A DNA stretch of 64,000 bases, from positions 800,001 through 864,000 of the forward strand of contig CP122380.1 of the NCBI GenBank assembly GCA_024650005.2. Direction: 5' to 3'. Origin of the DNA: Candidatus Bathyarchaeum tardum (GTDB taxonomy: Archaea > Thermoproteota > Bathyarchaeia > Bathyarchaeales > Bathyarchaeaceae). A program made the translations under genes and the position numbers. The notes under the pieces are model-generated. The model did no database searches. It had not been told where the DNA came from and worked only from the letters and a program-made list of their open reading frames with translations. Positions 47,767 through 58,506 of the stretch are shown here, one piece after another; within the stretch, counting starts at the first letter, position 1; the number at the start of each line of letters is the position of its first letter.

Positions 47767-48913
47767 AAACCCACGTACTGAACAAAGATATAGGATAAGC
47801 TAACAAAAAGCTGATTATTAATCTAGGTAAAATAGTATATCGTGCAGGTAACGACTTTATAACGGATAATTTGTCATCAGTTATCACATATCCGAATCCG
47901 AAAGTTGTCAAAATCACAACATAGATGCCAAAAATTAAGCACATGCAGATTCCGACAATAAACCTTTCAGATTTAAGAAGGTTTCTAATAAACTTCATGC
48001 ATTCTTTGAGTGAAAACTTTGTCGGGTGAAATATTACAGATGGTGTAATGGTAAAAAAATTGCTAAGGGCATTAATGAACCAAGTTAAGACCCCAAGAAA
48101 GCACAAGAGCAGAAAAAGGGTATTCAATGACTCTTGAGAATAGAAATTGAAGATATTAGTTAATACTATTCCGATTAATTCAGGGTTCAGAAATAGTATC
48201 ATTCGTTGTATAGGTGAAAACCGTGTGTAATAGGGCATTATTGTAGAAATCCAAATTATAGGCAGTAAATAAACAAGAACCAGATAAGCGACAAGTATCA
48301 TCTTCTGTCTAAGATTAGATTTCCAGTTTTTATAAACAGTAAAAAGCAATATAGGAACAGAAAAAACAGGATATAATTCAGGACGCGTACCTACTGCCAT
48401 GTAGAACAAAAAGGGAGTTATAATATAATTCAATTTCTTGGTAGCGATCACAAAATAGAAGGAAGCGAGCCCCAATGCAATCGCAAAAACATCGTTGTGT
48501 CCCACAATTGAATATGATATGAAGTATGGTTCAAATGCAGCCAGAATGGACCCTAAAAATGCAAACAGAGTTCCAGATATTTTTTTCGCGATTAAGTATA
48601 GAATCAAAATAGTGATAATAGAAAAAGAAATCATAATTGACTGGACAATAATTAAAGGTGGAGCTACCCAACTGAAGGAATACAGGCAAAAACCTAACAA
48701 AAAGATAAAAGGTAAACCTGCTCCGAAGGAAATTTGCCCGTTGTAAACTAAATCTAGTGCTTTATTTACAAAGCCGTATGAATCAAAGAAATACATGTTG
48801 GGTGCAATCGAAACAAGGATAATGCGTGTAAAGACAACCAATGACACTAGAATCAGAACGTAAATTATTTCTTGACGAGAAAAATTTTGCATATTGAATC
48901 TAAAGCTCAGCAA
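47741..48913 (-). CDS. ArnT/PMT-like (GT-C) membrane glycosyltransferase
   Basis: Multi-TM; FFDSYGF loop, AAFEPY, GHNDVF, GTRPE. Confidence 0.75.
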   Translation of the reverse strand: MLSFRFNMQNFSRQEIIYVLILVSLVVFTRIILVSIAPNMYFFDSYGFVNKALDLVYNGQISFGAGLPFIFLLGFCLYSFSWVAPPLIIVQSIMISFSIITILILYLIAKKISGTLFAFLGSILAAFEPYFISYSIVGHNDVFAIALGLASFYFVIATKKLNYIITPFLFYMAVGTRPELYPVFSVPILLFTVYKNWKSNLRQKMILVAYLVLVYLLPIIWISTIMPYYTRFSPIQRMILFLNPELIGIVLTNIFNFYSQESLNTLFLLLCFLGVLTWFINALSNFFTITPSVIFHPTKFSLKECMKFIRNLLKSERFIVGICMCLIFGIYVVILTTFGFGYVITDDKLSVIKSLPARYTILPRLIISFLLAYPISLFSTWVYDKIMRNK

Positions 48914-50028
48914 CAGGTAGTTATAGCTTCACAATATGTCTTGACTATGTTGTCAACAACCGCATCCCATGAGAAGGTAGTCAAAAGTTTTCTGTTAATT
49001 GTTTCTATGGAACTAAGATGCTGATTGGGAGAAAGCAAAATTTTGTCAATAGCTTTAGCCAAACTTTTGGAGTCTTTTGGTGGAACAATCAATCCATTAC
49101 AACCGTTTACAACAAGTTCGTTTAATCCTGGGATGTCTGTAATGATAAGAGGTTTTCTAGCAGCCATTGCTTCAAGAGCAACTGTTGGAACACCTTCGTA
49201 TAAAGATGGAATAACTACAACCTTGGTAAAAAGGTAAGATTTTAAGAGCTCTTCCTTTGGGATGTACCCTGAAACACTAACATAATCATCTAAATTGTTT
49301 TCAGAAATTTTTTCACGCAACTGCTCAAGCATAGGTCCATGCCCGACAATTCGAAGTGTATATTTCTTACCTTTTTTATGCAACAAAGAAAATGCATCAA
49401 TCAGCCAACGAAGACCCTTACGGGGTTCTAGTCTGCCGACAAAAAGCACATCAGACATCGTTTCATTTTTAAGAGATAAACTTTGGATATCACGTAACTG
49501 ATCTTCAATCCCGGTAACGTCCAAAGCATTAGGTATAGTAACACATTTGAAACCATCGAGTCCCCGTCTAACCAAATTTTGCATTATACTTGGGCTTAAG
49601 CATATAACTTTGTCCGATGAAGAACTAATAAATCTAAGAGACACACGATCAAAAAGATGTTTTGCAGGAAAACTTCTATTCATTGAAGTGTGTAGTGTAG
49701 TAACAAGCGGAAAATTCAACTTGCGTTTAGCAAGCATCATAATCTCACCGAACAATGTTTCATGATGCAGATGGCAAATGTCAAAATTAGTTTTACTCAA
49801 AAAGTATACCAGTTTTTTGAATGAAATAAGATGCAAACCCATCACTTTTGAAAAATCAATTTTAGCAACTTTGAAACCTTTTGAGGTATTTGATGGATTA
49901 TTGGACTCGCAAGTTAACAAAGTGACATCGTGACCAATATTTGCTAAATGTTTTGATAGGGCTAAAACATGTTTTTCTTGACCCCCCACTTTTGGGTCAG
50001 AACTTGATGTCATCTGCAAAATCTTCAT
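48907..50028 (-). CDS. Glycosyltransferase family 4
   Basis: GGQEKH, FVGRLEPRKG, PSLYEGVPTVALEAMAA. Confidence 0.93.
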   Translation of the reverse strand: MKILQMTSSSDPKVGGQEKHVLALSKHLANIGHDVTLLTCESNNPSNTSKGFKVAKIDFSKVMGLHLISFKKLVYFLSKTNFDICHLHHETLFGEIMMLAKRKLNFPLVTTLHTSMNRSFPAKHLFDRVSLRFISSSSDKVICLSPSIMQNLVRRGLDGFKCVTIPNALDVTGIEDQLRDIQSLSLKNETMSDVLFVGRLEPRKGLRWLIDAFSLLHKKGKKYTLRIVGHGPMLEQLREKISENNLDDYVSVSGYIPKEELLKSYLFTKVVVIPSLYEGVPTVALEAMAARKPLIITDIPGLNELVVNGCNGLIVPPKDSKSLAKAIDKILLSPNQHLSSIETINRKLLTTFSWDAVVDNIVKTYCEAITTCC

Positions 50029-51104
50029 TGTAACTGCACTAAATTATCATAAATTTTTAACAGGTTATCAACTACAACTAACCAGTCGTGTTCTTTTGCG
50101 AAACTAATTGCTTTGTTTTCATAGTTTTTGCGGTCTTCATAAGTTTGCATCATTTTGCTATATAATGAAGGCACATTTGTCAGCGGGTAGGTTTCACCAG
50201 CATTTGATTGGGTTAACAATTCCAAGTGAGATGGAATTGAAGATGCAACAATAGGTTTACCACACGCCATCGCTTCGAGTAAGGGCAAACCAAATAATTC
50301 CCAACGACTTGCAGTAACATACACATCACAGGAAGCATAATAATACGGCAAATTAAGAGGGCTGACTCGACCAACTAAGTCCACATGATTTTCAAGACCT
50401 AATTTTGCGGTGAAATTCTTCAGGCTTTCATACATAATACCGTTGCCGATTACTTGCAAACAAGCTTTTGGATGTTCTTTCAACACAGTTTTAAATGCAA
50501 TGATTAATTCTTCTACATTTTTATGTCTGTAGAGATTTCCCACAAACAAAAATTGAGGCGTGCCTTTCCTGAATTTTTCCTCCAGTTTTGGCTTGAAAAT
50601 CGCTGTATCCACACCGTTATAAATTACATGCATTTTGTTTAATCCAAAATGTTGTTTAAAATCAATACATGCCACTTTGGAAACTGCAATTACAGCATCA
50701 ATACGATGATTTGTCAGTTTAATTGAAGAAAGTAAACTTATCCGGTGGAAAAAACCTTTTCCAGAAGCAGGGGCACCATGATAATGATATATGAAAGGCC
50801 TTCGAGAGATTAACGCCAAGTAATTTGTTATTGCATGATGATTATGGATAACATCAAACTTTTCAAGAAAACGTGTAAGCTTTAAAATATTACCCAAAGG
50901 AATCTTTTCAACATTATAAGCACCTTCCGAGGGAGGACTCTTAAAAAATAAAGCACCAATCGTAACATCATGACCTTTCTTAGCAAGTGCACCTGCTAAC
51001 TTCTCCATAACCGTAGAAAAACCTCCAACATCATAAAGACCAGCAGACAACAAAATGTGCATTTTAGTACAAACCAACAATAAAGTAATAGAAACATGAA
51101 TCAA
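50025..51104 (-). CDS. Glycosyltransferase family 4
   Basis: IYNGVD, ASRWELFGLPLLEAMACGKP; start may be ATG 51062. Confidence 0.93.
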   Translation of the reverse strand: MIHVSITLLLVCTKMHILLSAGLYDVGGFSTVMEKLAGALAKKGHDVTIGALFFKSPPSEGAYNVEKIPLGNILKLTRFLEKFDVIHNHHAITNYLALISRRPFIYHYHGAPASGKGFFHRISLLSSIKLTNHRIDAVIAVSKVACIDFKQHFGLNKMHVIYNGVDTAIFKPKLEEKFRKGTPQFLFVGNLYRHKNVEELIIAFKTVLKEHPKACLQVIGNGIMYESLKNFTAKLGLENHVDLVGRVSPLNLPYYYASCDVYVTASRWELFGLPLLEAMACGKPIVASSIPSHLELLTQSNAGETYPLTNVPSLYSKMMQTYEDRKNYENKAISFAKEHDWLVVVDNLLKIYDNLVQLQ

Positions 51105-51172
51105 TTCGGTTGATTAGGTGTAACACATAATTCTTGAGGAGTTGAGTTTGCAAACGAAAATGCAAATTTATT

Positions 51173-52027
51173 TTATTTAAAAGGTGCATTTTTGTTAATT
51201 GCAATAAGATATCCAGAAGGAAAAATGGAATTGGTAGAAAAACCGTATTTTGAAAGCAGATTTTTTACAGAAGGAGTGTTTTGTTCAATAACCAAATAAT
51301 GGGTTTTCTGTAGGGTACGATATGCACCTTTGAGTATTTTAAAATCATAACCTTCTGTATCAATTTTTAAAATTTTAATAGAATTGTAATGTTCAGTTAA
51401 TTCATCCAATAGTATCGTTTCTACTTCGACAGTTTTACGTGCACTTTTGGTAGTGGATGTTAATGCTGTTTTCTCTTGTTCGTAATGTATATTAATTTTC
51501 ATTTTTTCATCACTTGCAGCTTTCGGAATCACAGTTATGTTGTCCAATTGGTTTAATTTTAAATTATATTCAAGAAACTTCAAATTATCGGGGTTGGGTT
51601 CTATAGCGATTGTTCGTCCACCAGAACCAACAATTTTCCCACTTAATATTGTATAAAGTCCACCATGTGCACCCGCGTCGATAAATACGTCATCCTTTCG
51701 TAAAACATTAAAAATGAATGAAGCAACATCATATTCATGATAATATGGGTTAAGATAAACATTGAAATCATGCCCTTTTGCACAATAAAAATGATATAGC
51801 AGACCTTTGAAATCAACCGTTACAAGAGTGTCTTTGAAAAGCCAATGTAAAGGCTCACCAGCAATTCGTTTAGATAGTATAACATTTATTCCTTTTTTAA
51901 CCAGATTAATTAATGTCGTGGCTTTGAACAAAATATCTTGTTCTAAACAGTTGCAAGAAAACAAAGAGCCAGTAATCCGCAAAGCTTGAAATTTAAATCC
52001 AATATAAGAGTTTAGTTTATTTTCCAA
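51173..52027 (-). CDS. FkbM family methyltransferase
   Basis: FIDAGAHGGLYT, AIEPNP, ILKIDTEGYD. Confidence 0.9.
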   Translation of the reverse strand: MENKLNSYIGFKFQALRITGSLFSCNCLEQDILFKATTLINLVKKGINVILSKRIAGEPLHWLFKDTLVTVDFKGLLYHFYCAKGHDFNVYLNPYYHEYDVASFIFNVLRKDDVFIDAGAHGGLYTILSGKIVGSGGRTIAIEPNPDNLKFLEYNLKLNQLDNITVIPKAASDEKMKINIHYEQEKTALTSTTKSARKTVEVETILLDELTEHYNSIKILKIDTEGYDFKILKGAYRTLQKTHYLVIEQNTPSVKNLLSKYGFSTNSIFPSGYLIAINKNAPFK

Positions 52028-52031
52028 ATAA

Positions 52032-53255
52032 TCAACTCACTGACGTGTTTACAAAATCAAGGACTCTTTGCATTTTTTCACCGATTTTTTCTGATGCCAA
52101 ATGGTCTAAAACATATTTTTTACCACATAGTCCAAGCTCAGAAGCAAACAATCTGTTGTCATAAAGACTGTTAATAGCTTTTGCCAAACCACTCGCATCT
52201 CTAGGTTTCACAACTAACCCCGATTTTGTTAACTCAATATACCTGGCGGCTTCTCCTTTAGAAACACAAATAATAGGCTTACCATAAGATTGATACTCAA
52301 AAACTTTGGTTGGAAGCCCTAATTCCACAAAATTCATATTGGCCATAGGAAGCACAAAAACGTCCGCTGAATCAAGTATAGCAGCCAACTCATCTTTAGG
52401 CAGAAAACATGTATTCAAAACAACATTATCAAGACCACGTTCATTAATGGCTTTCTTCAACGCAGGAGCCTTTTCGCCGACTCCTCGAATAACAAAAATA
52501 ATATCCTCCTTCGCTGCTAGAAACTGCGCAGCGTCTAAAACCACATCAAAATCATATCCTAAACCCAAAACTCCAGAGTACATGACAGTGAACTGATTCT
52601 TCAAGTTTTTATTAGAATTCAAAGTTTTAATACTATCAATGCCAACCTCAATAATGTGTACCTTCTCTGAAGAAATGCCGTATTTAGTGACTATTGTTCG
52701 TTTGTATCCTTCACTTATTGGTGTAATAGCCGCAGGAACAGCATAAGAAAGCCAAGCCAAGAAATCCAGTATCTTCTGTGCAAACTTTGATTTCACGTAG
52801 CCTAGCTCGTAGAAAACTTCAGGCCACAGATCATCAACATTCCTTACAATAGGAACACCTTTAGTGGCGCCATAAATGAAGCTTGGAAAGAAAGAGAACA
52901 AGTTAGGGTTCGCGCCCCAAACCACATCCACTTTGCCTACGAAAGGCAAAGCAAACAAGGAAGAAATACAAAAACAGAAATGTAAAAACAGCCTGTTCAA
53001 TGGACTACTATGTGGCAAAGGAGGAATCCATACCCGAAAAACTTTTGCATGTCCATATCTTTCAGGAACAACAGGCTTACCCTTGTATTCTCTTGAAACG
53101 GTACCGTGTGGATAATGTGGAAAAGCGGCAACAACAGTAACATCGCAGCCTTTACTAAGCAAGCCTTTAACCACGTTTGATGCTCGTGTACTGGCTCCAC
53201 CCATGTCAGGAAAAAAATATTGGGCTAAAACCAAAACTTTCAAACTTTTACTCAT
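52032..53255 (-). CDS. Glycosyltransferase family 4 (WbuB-like)
   Basis: QYFFPDMGG, FPHYP, DDLWPE, PTKVFEYQSYGKPII. Confidence 0.9.
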   Translation of the reverse strand: MSKSLKVLVLAQYFFPDMGGASTRASNVVKGLLSKGCDVTVVAAFPHYPHGTVSREYKGKPVVPERYGHAKVFRVWIPPLPHSSPLNRLFLHFCFCISSLFALPFVGKVDVVWGANPNLFSFFPSFIYGATKGVPIVRNVDDLWPEVFYELGYVKSKFAQKILDFLAWLSYAVPAAITPISEGYKRTIVTKYGISSEKVHIIEVGIDSIKTLNSNKNLKNQFTVMYSGVLGLGYDFDVVLDAAQFLAAKEDIIFVIRGVGEKAPALKKAINERGLDNVVLNTCFLPKDELAAILDSADVFVLPMANMNFVELGLPTKVFEYQSYGKPIICVSKGEAARYIELTKSGLVVKPRDASGLAKAINSLYDNRLFASELGLCGKKYVLDHLASEKIGEKMQRVLDFVNTSVS

Positions 53256-53274
53256 AACAAATCATATTCAATTG

Positions 53275-54252
53275 TTACTGTTCTGACGGCTTGTCTATAG
53301 CACATTCTTCTTTAATCCAATGGTAAGTTTTAGCTAAACCTTCTTCTAGGCTTACTTGTGGTTCCCACTGCAAAACTTTCCTAGCCAAAGTAATATTAGC
53401 GTTTCTTCCTCGGACGCCTTGAGGAGCTGAAAGATCATGTTCCAAAGTCACATCTTTACCAGAAATCTCAATTATCATTTCAGCTAACTCATTTATTGTA
53501 ACTAGCCGTTCAGATCCAATGTTTATGGGTTTATGATAATCGGATTCCATCAACTTGACTGTTCCTTGTATACAGTCATCAATGTAACAAAATGAACGGG
53601 TTTGCTTTCCGTCACCCCATAACATAATTGTTCCAGGGTTAGAAACTTCAACAACTTTTCTGCACAACGCAGCAGGAGCCTTCTCCCTACCACCTTTGTA
53701 GGTTCCCTCGGGACCATAAATATTATGATATCTAAGAACCCTGATGTCCATACCATAATCTCTTTGATATGCTTCGCACATCTTTTCAGTATACAATTTT
53801 TCCCATCCATAGAAATTGTCGGGATCAGCAGGATATGCATCTTCTTCTTTTAGACCAATTACATTTGGATCAGTTTGTTTATAGGTTGGATAAGCACAAG
53901 CTGATGATGTAAATAAAAATCGTTTAACATTGTTCTTTCTTGATGATTCTAACATTTGAGCGTTGATCAGAACATTGTCATGCATTACTTCTGCACCTAC
54001 AGATGTAATAAACCCGATGCCACCCATGTTTGCAGCTAGATTGTATACTTTGTCAATGCCTTTGGTGGCAACATAACAATTTTCTCGAACAGTTAAATCT
54101 AGTTCAAGTTTTTCGTTACAGTATTTTTCTTGTATGTAATCATCAAATTTTATGTCTACAACTCTGACATAGTTACCTTGTGAATAAAGGTACCTTGCTA
54201 AGTGGCTTCCGATGAATCCTCCTCCACCAGTGACCAATATTCGCTCAGTCAT
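53275..54252 (-). CDS. NAD-dependent epimerase, GDP-mannose 3,5-epimerase-like
   Basis: NLAANMGGIGFI, SSACAYP, YGWEKL, GGREKAPAALCRK, QGVRGRN. Confidence 0.88.
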   Translation of the reverse strand: MTERILVTGGGGFIGSHLARYLYSQGNYVRVVDIKFDDYIQEKYCNEKLELDLTVRENCYVATKGIDKVYNLAANMGGIGFITSVGAEVMHDNVLINAQMLESSRKNNVKRFLFTSSACAYPTYKQTDPNVIGLKEEDAYPADPDNFYGWEKLYTEKMCEAYQRDYGMDIRVLRYHNIYGPEGTYKGGREKAPAALCRKVVEVSNPGTIMLWGDGKQTRSFCYIDDCIQGTVKLMESDYHKPINIGSERLVTINELAEMIIEISGKDVTLEHDLSAPQGVRGRNANITLARKVLQWEPQVSLEEGLAKTYHWIKEECAIDKPSEQ

Positions 54253-54332
54253 TTATGAACCCCCATATCAAAATTCAACTTTTGAATTTCAAATTTTTTC
54301 ATTATTAATTACCTCATTGGTTGTGAATATAA

Positions 54333-55271
54333 TCAATTCTTTTTTTGTCTAGAAATAGCATACAATGTAATTGCTGTAAAAATCATAAACATTCCTATAA
54401 TAGTGAAAGCTATTGAGGCTAATGCAATATTTGTTATGATTTGATTTTCTTCGATGAATAGTTTTAGCATCCATGTTCCAAAACCTATTCCAGCAAAAAG
54501 TGAAATTAATCCGGGTATTCCCAAGAAAGTTAATGGTCTTTCTTCTACTACTAATTGGATGATTGACATAACTACACTGACGCCGTGACCAATAGGATTG
54601 TGAGTGGAAGTTTGTTCTAACGAATCATATTTACACGCTGCTGAAACTTCCATAACTCTTAAGTCTTGATTTTTGGCTTTCACTAAAACTTCGACACTGG
54701 AACCCATACCATTTTCGACAAGATTTAAACCATTTAGAGCTTTGCGTCCATATACTCTAAAACCACATTGTGCGTCTTTGAAGTTATGATTAGATGCAGC
54801 TCCAGTTAATTTGGAAATTATTTGTATTCCTAAACTTCTGTAACGAGGAACACCATTTGTTTTCTTGTTTTCATCTAAGAACCTAGATCCTAACACCACA
54901 TCTGCATCATCATCGAGGATAGGTTGAATTAATTTTGGAATCTCTTGGGGTTTATGTTGACCGTCACCATCTAAGGTAACTAAAATATCAGCATTCAACT
55001 CCCTTGCGGTTGCAAACAAAGTTTTGATTGCAGCACCGTACCCACAGTTTTTTTCATGAGATATTACGTCTGCGCCTAAGCGTTCAGCAATTTCAGCAGT
55101 CATATCTGTGGAGCCATCGTCACAAACTAAAACTACATCTGCAAATTTTTGGGCTTCCAAAACAATCTTTGCAATTGATCGCTCTTCATTGAATGCTGGA
55201 ATACCAACAACAACTAATGGTTTAGGCTCAGCAGAGAAAACTGAACTGTCTTTTTGTGTTTGAATAGTCAA
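54333..55271 (-). CDS. Glycosyltransferase family 2 (Dol-P-sugar synthase-like)
   Basis: IPAFNEE, DDGSTD, LDGDGQH, DAQCGFR, two C-terminal TMs. Confidence 0.92.
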   Translation of the reverse strand: MTIQTQKDSSVFSAEPKPLVVVGIPAFNEERSIAKIVLEAQKFADVVLVCDDGSTDMTAEIAERLGADVISHEKNCGYGAAIKTLFATARELNADILVTLDGDGQHKPQEIPKLIQPILDDDADVVLGSRFLDENKKTNGVPRYRSLGIQIISKLTGAASNHNFKDAQCGFRVYGRKALNGLNLVENGMGSSVEVLVKAKNQDLRVMEVSAACKYDSLEQTSTHNPIGHGVSVVMSIIQLVVEERPLTFLGIPGLISLFAGIGFGTWMLKLFIEENQIITNIALASIAFTIIGMFMIFTAITLYAISRQKKN

Positions 55272-55285
55272 CTAATCAATCAACA

Positions 55286-56827
55286 CTAGACAATCTGGTA
55301 AACTGAAATTCGTCCTGAATCGTACACTGAAACCCAATCTTCATCTACTCGTAAATTGTACCATTGGATGTCTTGGTTCCACCAAACAAAATAGTTTGAA
55401 TTATAACCTTCATTTACTGCATAATTTGCAGCATTTTGTAGGTCATGGTCAAACAAGAATCCTTGATGATTCGGATCCAAATATAGCATGGTCCACATGT
55501 CAAAAACATCATGAACAAGCAACGAAGAGTCAATGTCCATGTTGGAGTTTAACCATTCATAGGAGTCTATGACTCCTTGGGTGTCTTGCAAAGGAACTGA
55601 ACTGCTTTGCATGGTTGAAGGAACATACTTGAAAGTTCCACCCCAACCGATTATTCCGTATTTTCCTTCAACTAGGGGCCAGCACATAAACAATCCACCA
55701 ACAATTACTGAAAAAAGGGCTAAACCGGCACCAATTTTTTTGTTGATTTTAAACCAACCAAAAAAACGGGAAACACTAACCCAATTAACACTTTTAGAAA
55801 GCTTAGCAAGACCATTAACTGCAAAAAACGAAAAAGGAAAAATCAACAGAAGCATCCATCGTGCCCATAAGAATAATGCTGCAAAAGGAACTACTAAGCA
55901 GCCTAATCCACCTACTAATAAGATTAGACTCCAAAAATTCAGTGCTTTATCTTTGAAGTAACCTACACCAATTAGGGGCAAAAGCAGAGCATACAACATA
56001 ACAAACAAAGAACCTACATCAAAAAACAAATCAAAATATGAACCATAAGACTCGATGGTAGTATTTACACTCAAATAATCAGTAATAAAAAACAAACCAC
56101 CGGGATGAGCCCAGGTGCTGTCATCGATTCGAACCAAATTAGGGTTAATGGGAACTGCAAAAGGAGAAATCAAAACAAAATTCCCCAAAAACAAAACCAA
56201 AGCAGGAACCATTGCTAACAAAAGCTTGTAAGGAACTTTTCGTTTCTTGTAAACATTAAAAACTAGCATCCCAAAAACAACAAAAAACAAAGAAAGAATT
56301 GCTAACTCATGTCCCCATACGGTAAACAAAGCTAAGACACTAAGAATTGATGTTTCTTTCCAGGAAATGTCATCTTTAAGGAACGGAAGGGCAAAGAGCA
56401 TGACCATTACTCCAAAAACGTTACGATAAAACTGCCAACTAACAGCTAAGGCAGCTAACTGAAAAGCAAACAACACTGAAACTAACAAACTCTTTTTTGA
56501 ACTCCAACTAAAACGTTTCCAGGCTACAAAAAACATTCCTGCACAGGTTCCCCCGTAAAGCAGGGGGGCTACTATCTTTAACAACATAAACGGCTGCAAC
56601 TGAGTAACATTATGCAAAGATACTAGAATGCCGTAGATTATCCAGGAACCGAAAATGTCACTGCCGTAAGTGAAAACTACTCCAGAATTCATTCGGGAAG
56701 CATAATAGATTGTGTCCCATCCGATGGGATGGGGAAAACTTAACAATTCAGGAATTAGGCGTACAATAAATCCTACTATAAAGGCTAGAAGGATGCCTTG
56801 ACGGTAACTTAGATTTTGCAGCTTCAT
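55286..56827 (-). CDS. Multi-pass membrane protein (GT-C-like)
   Basis: Many TM helices, GWDTIYY loop; paralog of 31640-33100. Confidence 0.8.
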   Translation of the reverse strand: MKLQNLSYRQGILLAFIVGFIVRLIPELLSFPHPIGWDTIYYASRMNSGVVFTYGSDIFGSWIIYGILVSLHNVTQLQPFMLLKIVAPLLYGGTCAGMFFVAWKRFSWSSKKSLLVSVLFAFQLAALAVSWQFYRNVFGVMVMLFALPFLKDDISWKETSILSVLALFTVWGHELAILSLFFVVFGMLVFNVYKKRKVPYKLLLAMVPALVLFLGNFVLISPFAVPINPNLVRIDDSTWAHPGGLFFITDYLSVNTTIESYGSYFDLFFDVGSLFVMLYALLLPLIGVGYFKDKALNFWSLILLVGGLGCLVVPFAALFLWARWMLLLIFPFSFFAVNGLAKLSKSVNWVSVSRFFGWFKINKKIGAGLALFSVIVGGLFMCWPLVEGKYGIIGWGGTFKYVPSTMQSSSVPLQDTQGVIDSYEWLNSNMDIDSSLLVHDVFDMWTMLYLDPNHQGFLFDHDLQNAANYAVNEGYNSNYFVWWNQDIQWYNLRVDEDWVSVYDSGRISVYQIV

Positions 56828-58086
56828 CGGGTACTAATAAAACTTAAGTTCGTAGTTTTCCCAGTCTTGGCGGTTTTTTCCCATCGCCTTGGCCGTCTTA
56901 ACAAAATCTGCAAAAAAGCGTAACCTGCTACAAAATTTTGAATAAACCAGTAACAGTAAATGAAAGGCAACCATGCTATATTGGAAACTTTTCGAGGCTT
57001 GTCAGTAAAAATCATTGCTAATCCTGCTAAAGCTAACAGGGAAAGAGTTAACACAGAAGTAATGTTTGCAAACAAAACAAAAACTGCATCTGCATTCAGG
57101 GGAACAATAAAAGAAGAAACTGTTGCAAAATAGCCTAACAAACAAGAAATCAAAACAAAAGGTCCAGCTAGGGTAATTTCAGCATCTACGGACGTCTTGT
57201 TTGGACGCTTTAGTAGGCTGCCGTACTTGAAGCTTACTTCCATGGTGCCCCGGAACCAGCGAGTTCGCTGCTTAAAAAAACCCGAAAGAGTAGCAGGATA
57301 TTCTTGCCAGGATTTAACATCAGACGCATAACGAATTTTATGGCCTTCATGGGTGAGGCGGGCTGCTAATTCCATGTCTTCAGATAAGACTTTACTGTCC
57401 CAACCCCCTACTTTGTCTATAACAGATTTTCTTACAAAATAACAACTACCAGTTAAGGGAACAAAAAGCCCTAAAACATCTTTTCCACGCATGTAGGCTT
57501 CACATCTGAGGGCTTCTTCTTGGGCTACAAACTTTGTTAGAATATTTTCATCCTCGTTTACTGCTGCTAACCTGCCTTGAACTGCTGCTACTGTAGGATC
57601 CTTAAAATAACCTGCTGCATTTAAAAGAAAATCACCTTCAGGAATATTATCTGCATCAAAAACCCCAACCAGTTCCCCAGTAACATGGTTAATTGCTTCT
57701 TGCAACGCAGAGGGCTTGCCGTCGGAAAAAGAACGACTTAAAAACTTGACCTGATGGGGATGATCCTTTGCAAACTCTTTACAAATCTTTGCAGTACTAT
57801 CGGTGCTGCCGTCTTCTACTATTATGATCTCTTTTTTATCAGAAGGATAATCTGCACAAACTATTGCATTCAAGAGCCTGCTAACAACTTTCTCTTCATT
57901 TTTCACGGGAACAATTAAGGACACTAGGGGCAAATCCTTGCGTTCACCCATACAACTTTTTGTTGTGCGTTTTGAACAAAGACTCCTAACCCCGGAAACA
58001 ACAATGGGCACATTATAAATTGTCCAAACATACAACAAAGAAAGAACAGCTATCGCAACTACAGACAGGGGATGCATTATATTCAA
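56824..58086 (-). CDS. Processive-type glycosyltransferase family 2 (CesA/PgaC-like)
   Basis: EDGSTD, FDAD, SED, QRTRW motifs plus TMs. Confidence 0.92.
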   Translation of the reverse strand: MNIMHPLSVVAIAVLSLLYVWTIYNVPIVVSGVRSLCSKRTTKSCMGERKDLPLVSLIVPVKNEEKVVSRLLNAIVCADYPSDKKEIIIVEDGSTDSTAKICKEFAKDHPHQVKFLSRSFSDGKPSALQEAINHVTGELVGVFDADNIPEGDFLLNAAGYFKDPTVAAVQGRLAAVNEDENILTKFVAQEEALRCEAYMRGKDVLGLFVPLTGSCYFVRKSVIDKVGGWDSKVLSEDMELAARLTHEGHKIRYASDVKSWQEYPATLSGFFKQRTRWFRGTMEVSFKYGSLLKRPNKTSVDAEITLAGPFVLISCLLGYFATVSSFIVPLNADAVFVLFANITSVLTLSLLALAGLAMIFTDKPRKVSNIAWLPFIYCYWFIQNFVAGYAFLQILLRRPRRWEKTAKTGKTTNLSFISTR

Positions 58087-58119
58087 AAGACATCTTTTAA
58101 TTTATTAAAGTTATGCATG

Positions 58120-58506
58120 CTAACTCAAAATGTTATTTATAGTCAGATACTGAATAAAACTATCATCATTTGCCCAACTTTGGGCACTTCGATAACCCCA
58201 ATTCTGGGCAACTTTTGAAACACGTTCAGCCATTGTTTTGCCTTCTGTGCGCATTAACCGACGTATTTTGGTTTCCATGGCTTCACAGAGTTTACTTACT
58301 AGACCAGAAACAACTTTAACCAAGAGAAAACTGCGGACCCGTTGAACTACACTGATCGTCAAATTCAGAAGCATGCGCTCATTTTGCTTCAAAGCTTTAA
58401 ACCAACAACGTTTTCGTATTGCTTTCAATTTCAACTTTATTAAAGTCTCTCGAGTAAGGGGAAAAGAACTAGCTGGATTGCATGATTTGTTTGATGCTGA
58501 CTTCAA
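58120..58506 (-). CDS. Basic hypothetical protein heading the glycosylation operon
   Basis: KAIRKRCWFKAL...WGYRSAQSW. Confidence 0.7.
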   Translation of the reverse strand: MKSASNKSCNPASSFPLTRETLIKLKLKAIRKRCWFKALKQNERMLLNLTISVVQRVRSFLLVKVVSGLVSKLCEAMETKIRRLMRTEGKTMAERVSKVAQNWGYRSAQSWANDDSFIQYLTINNILS

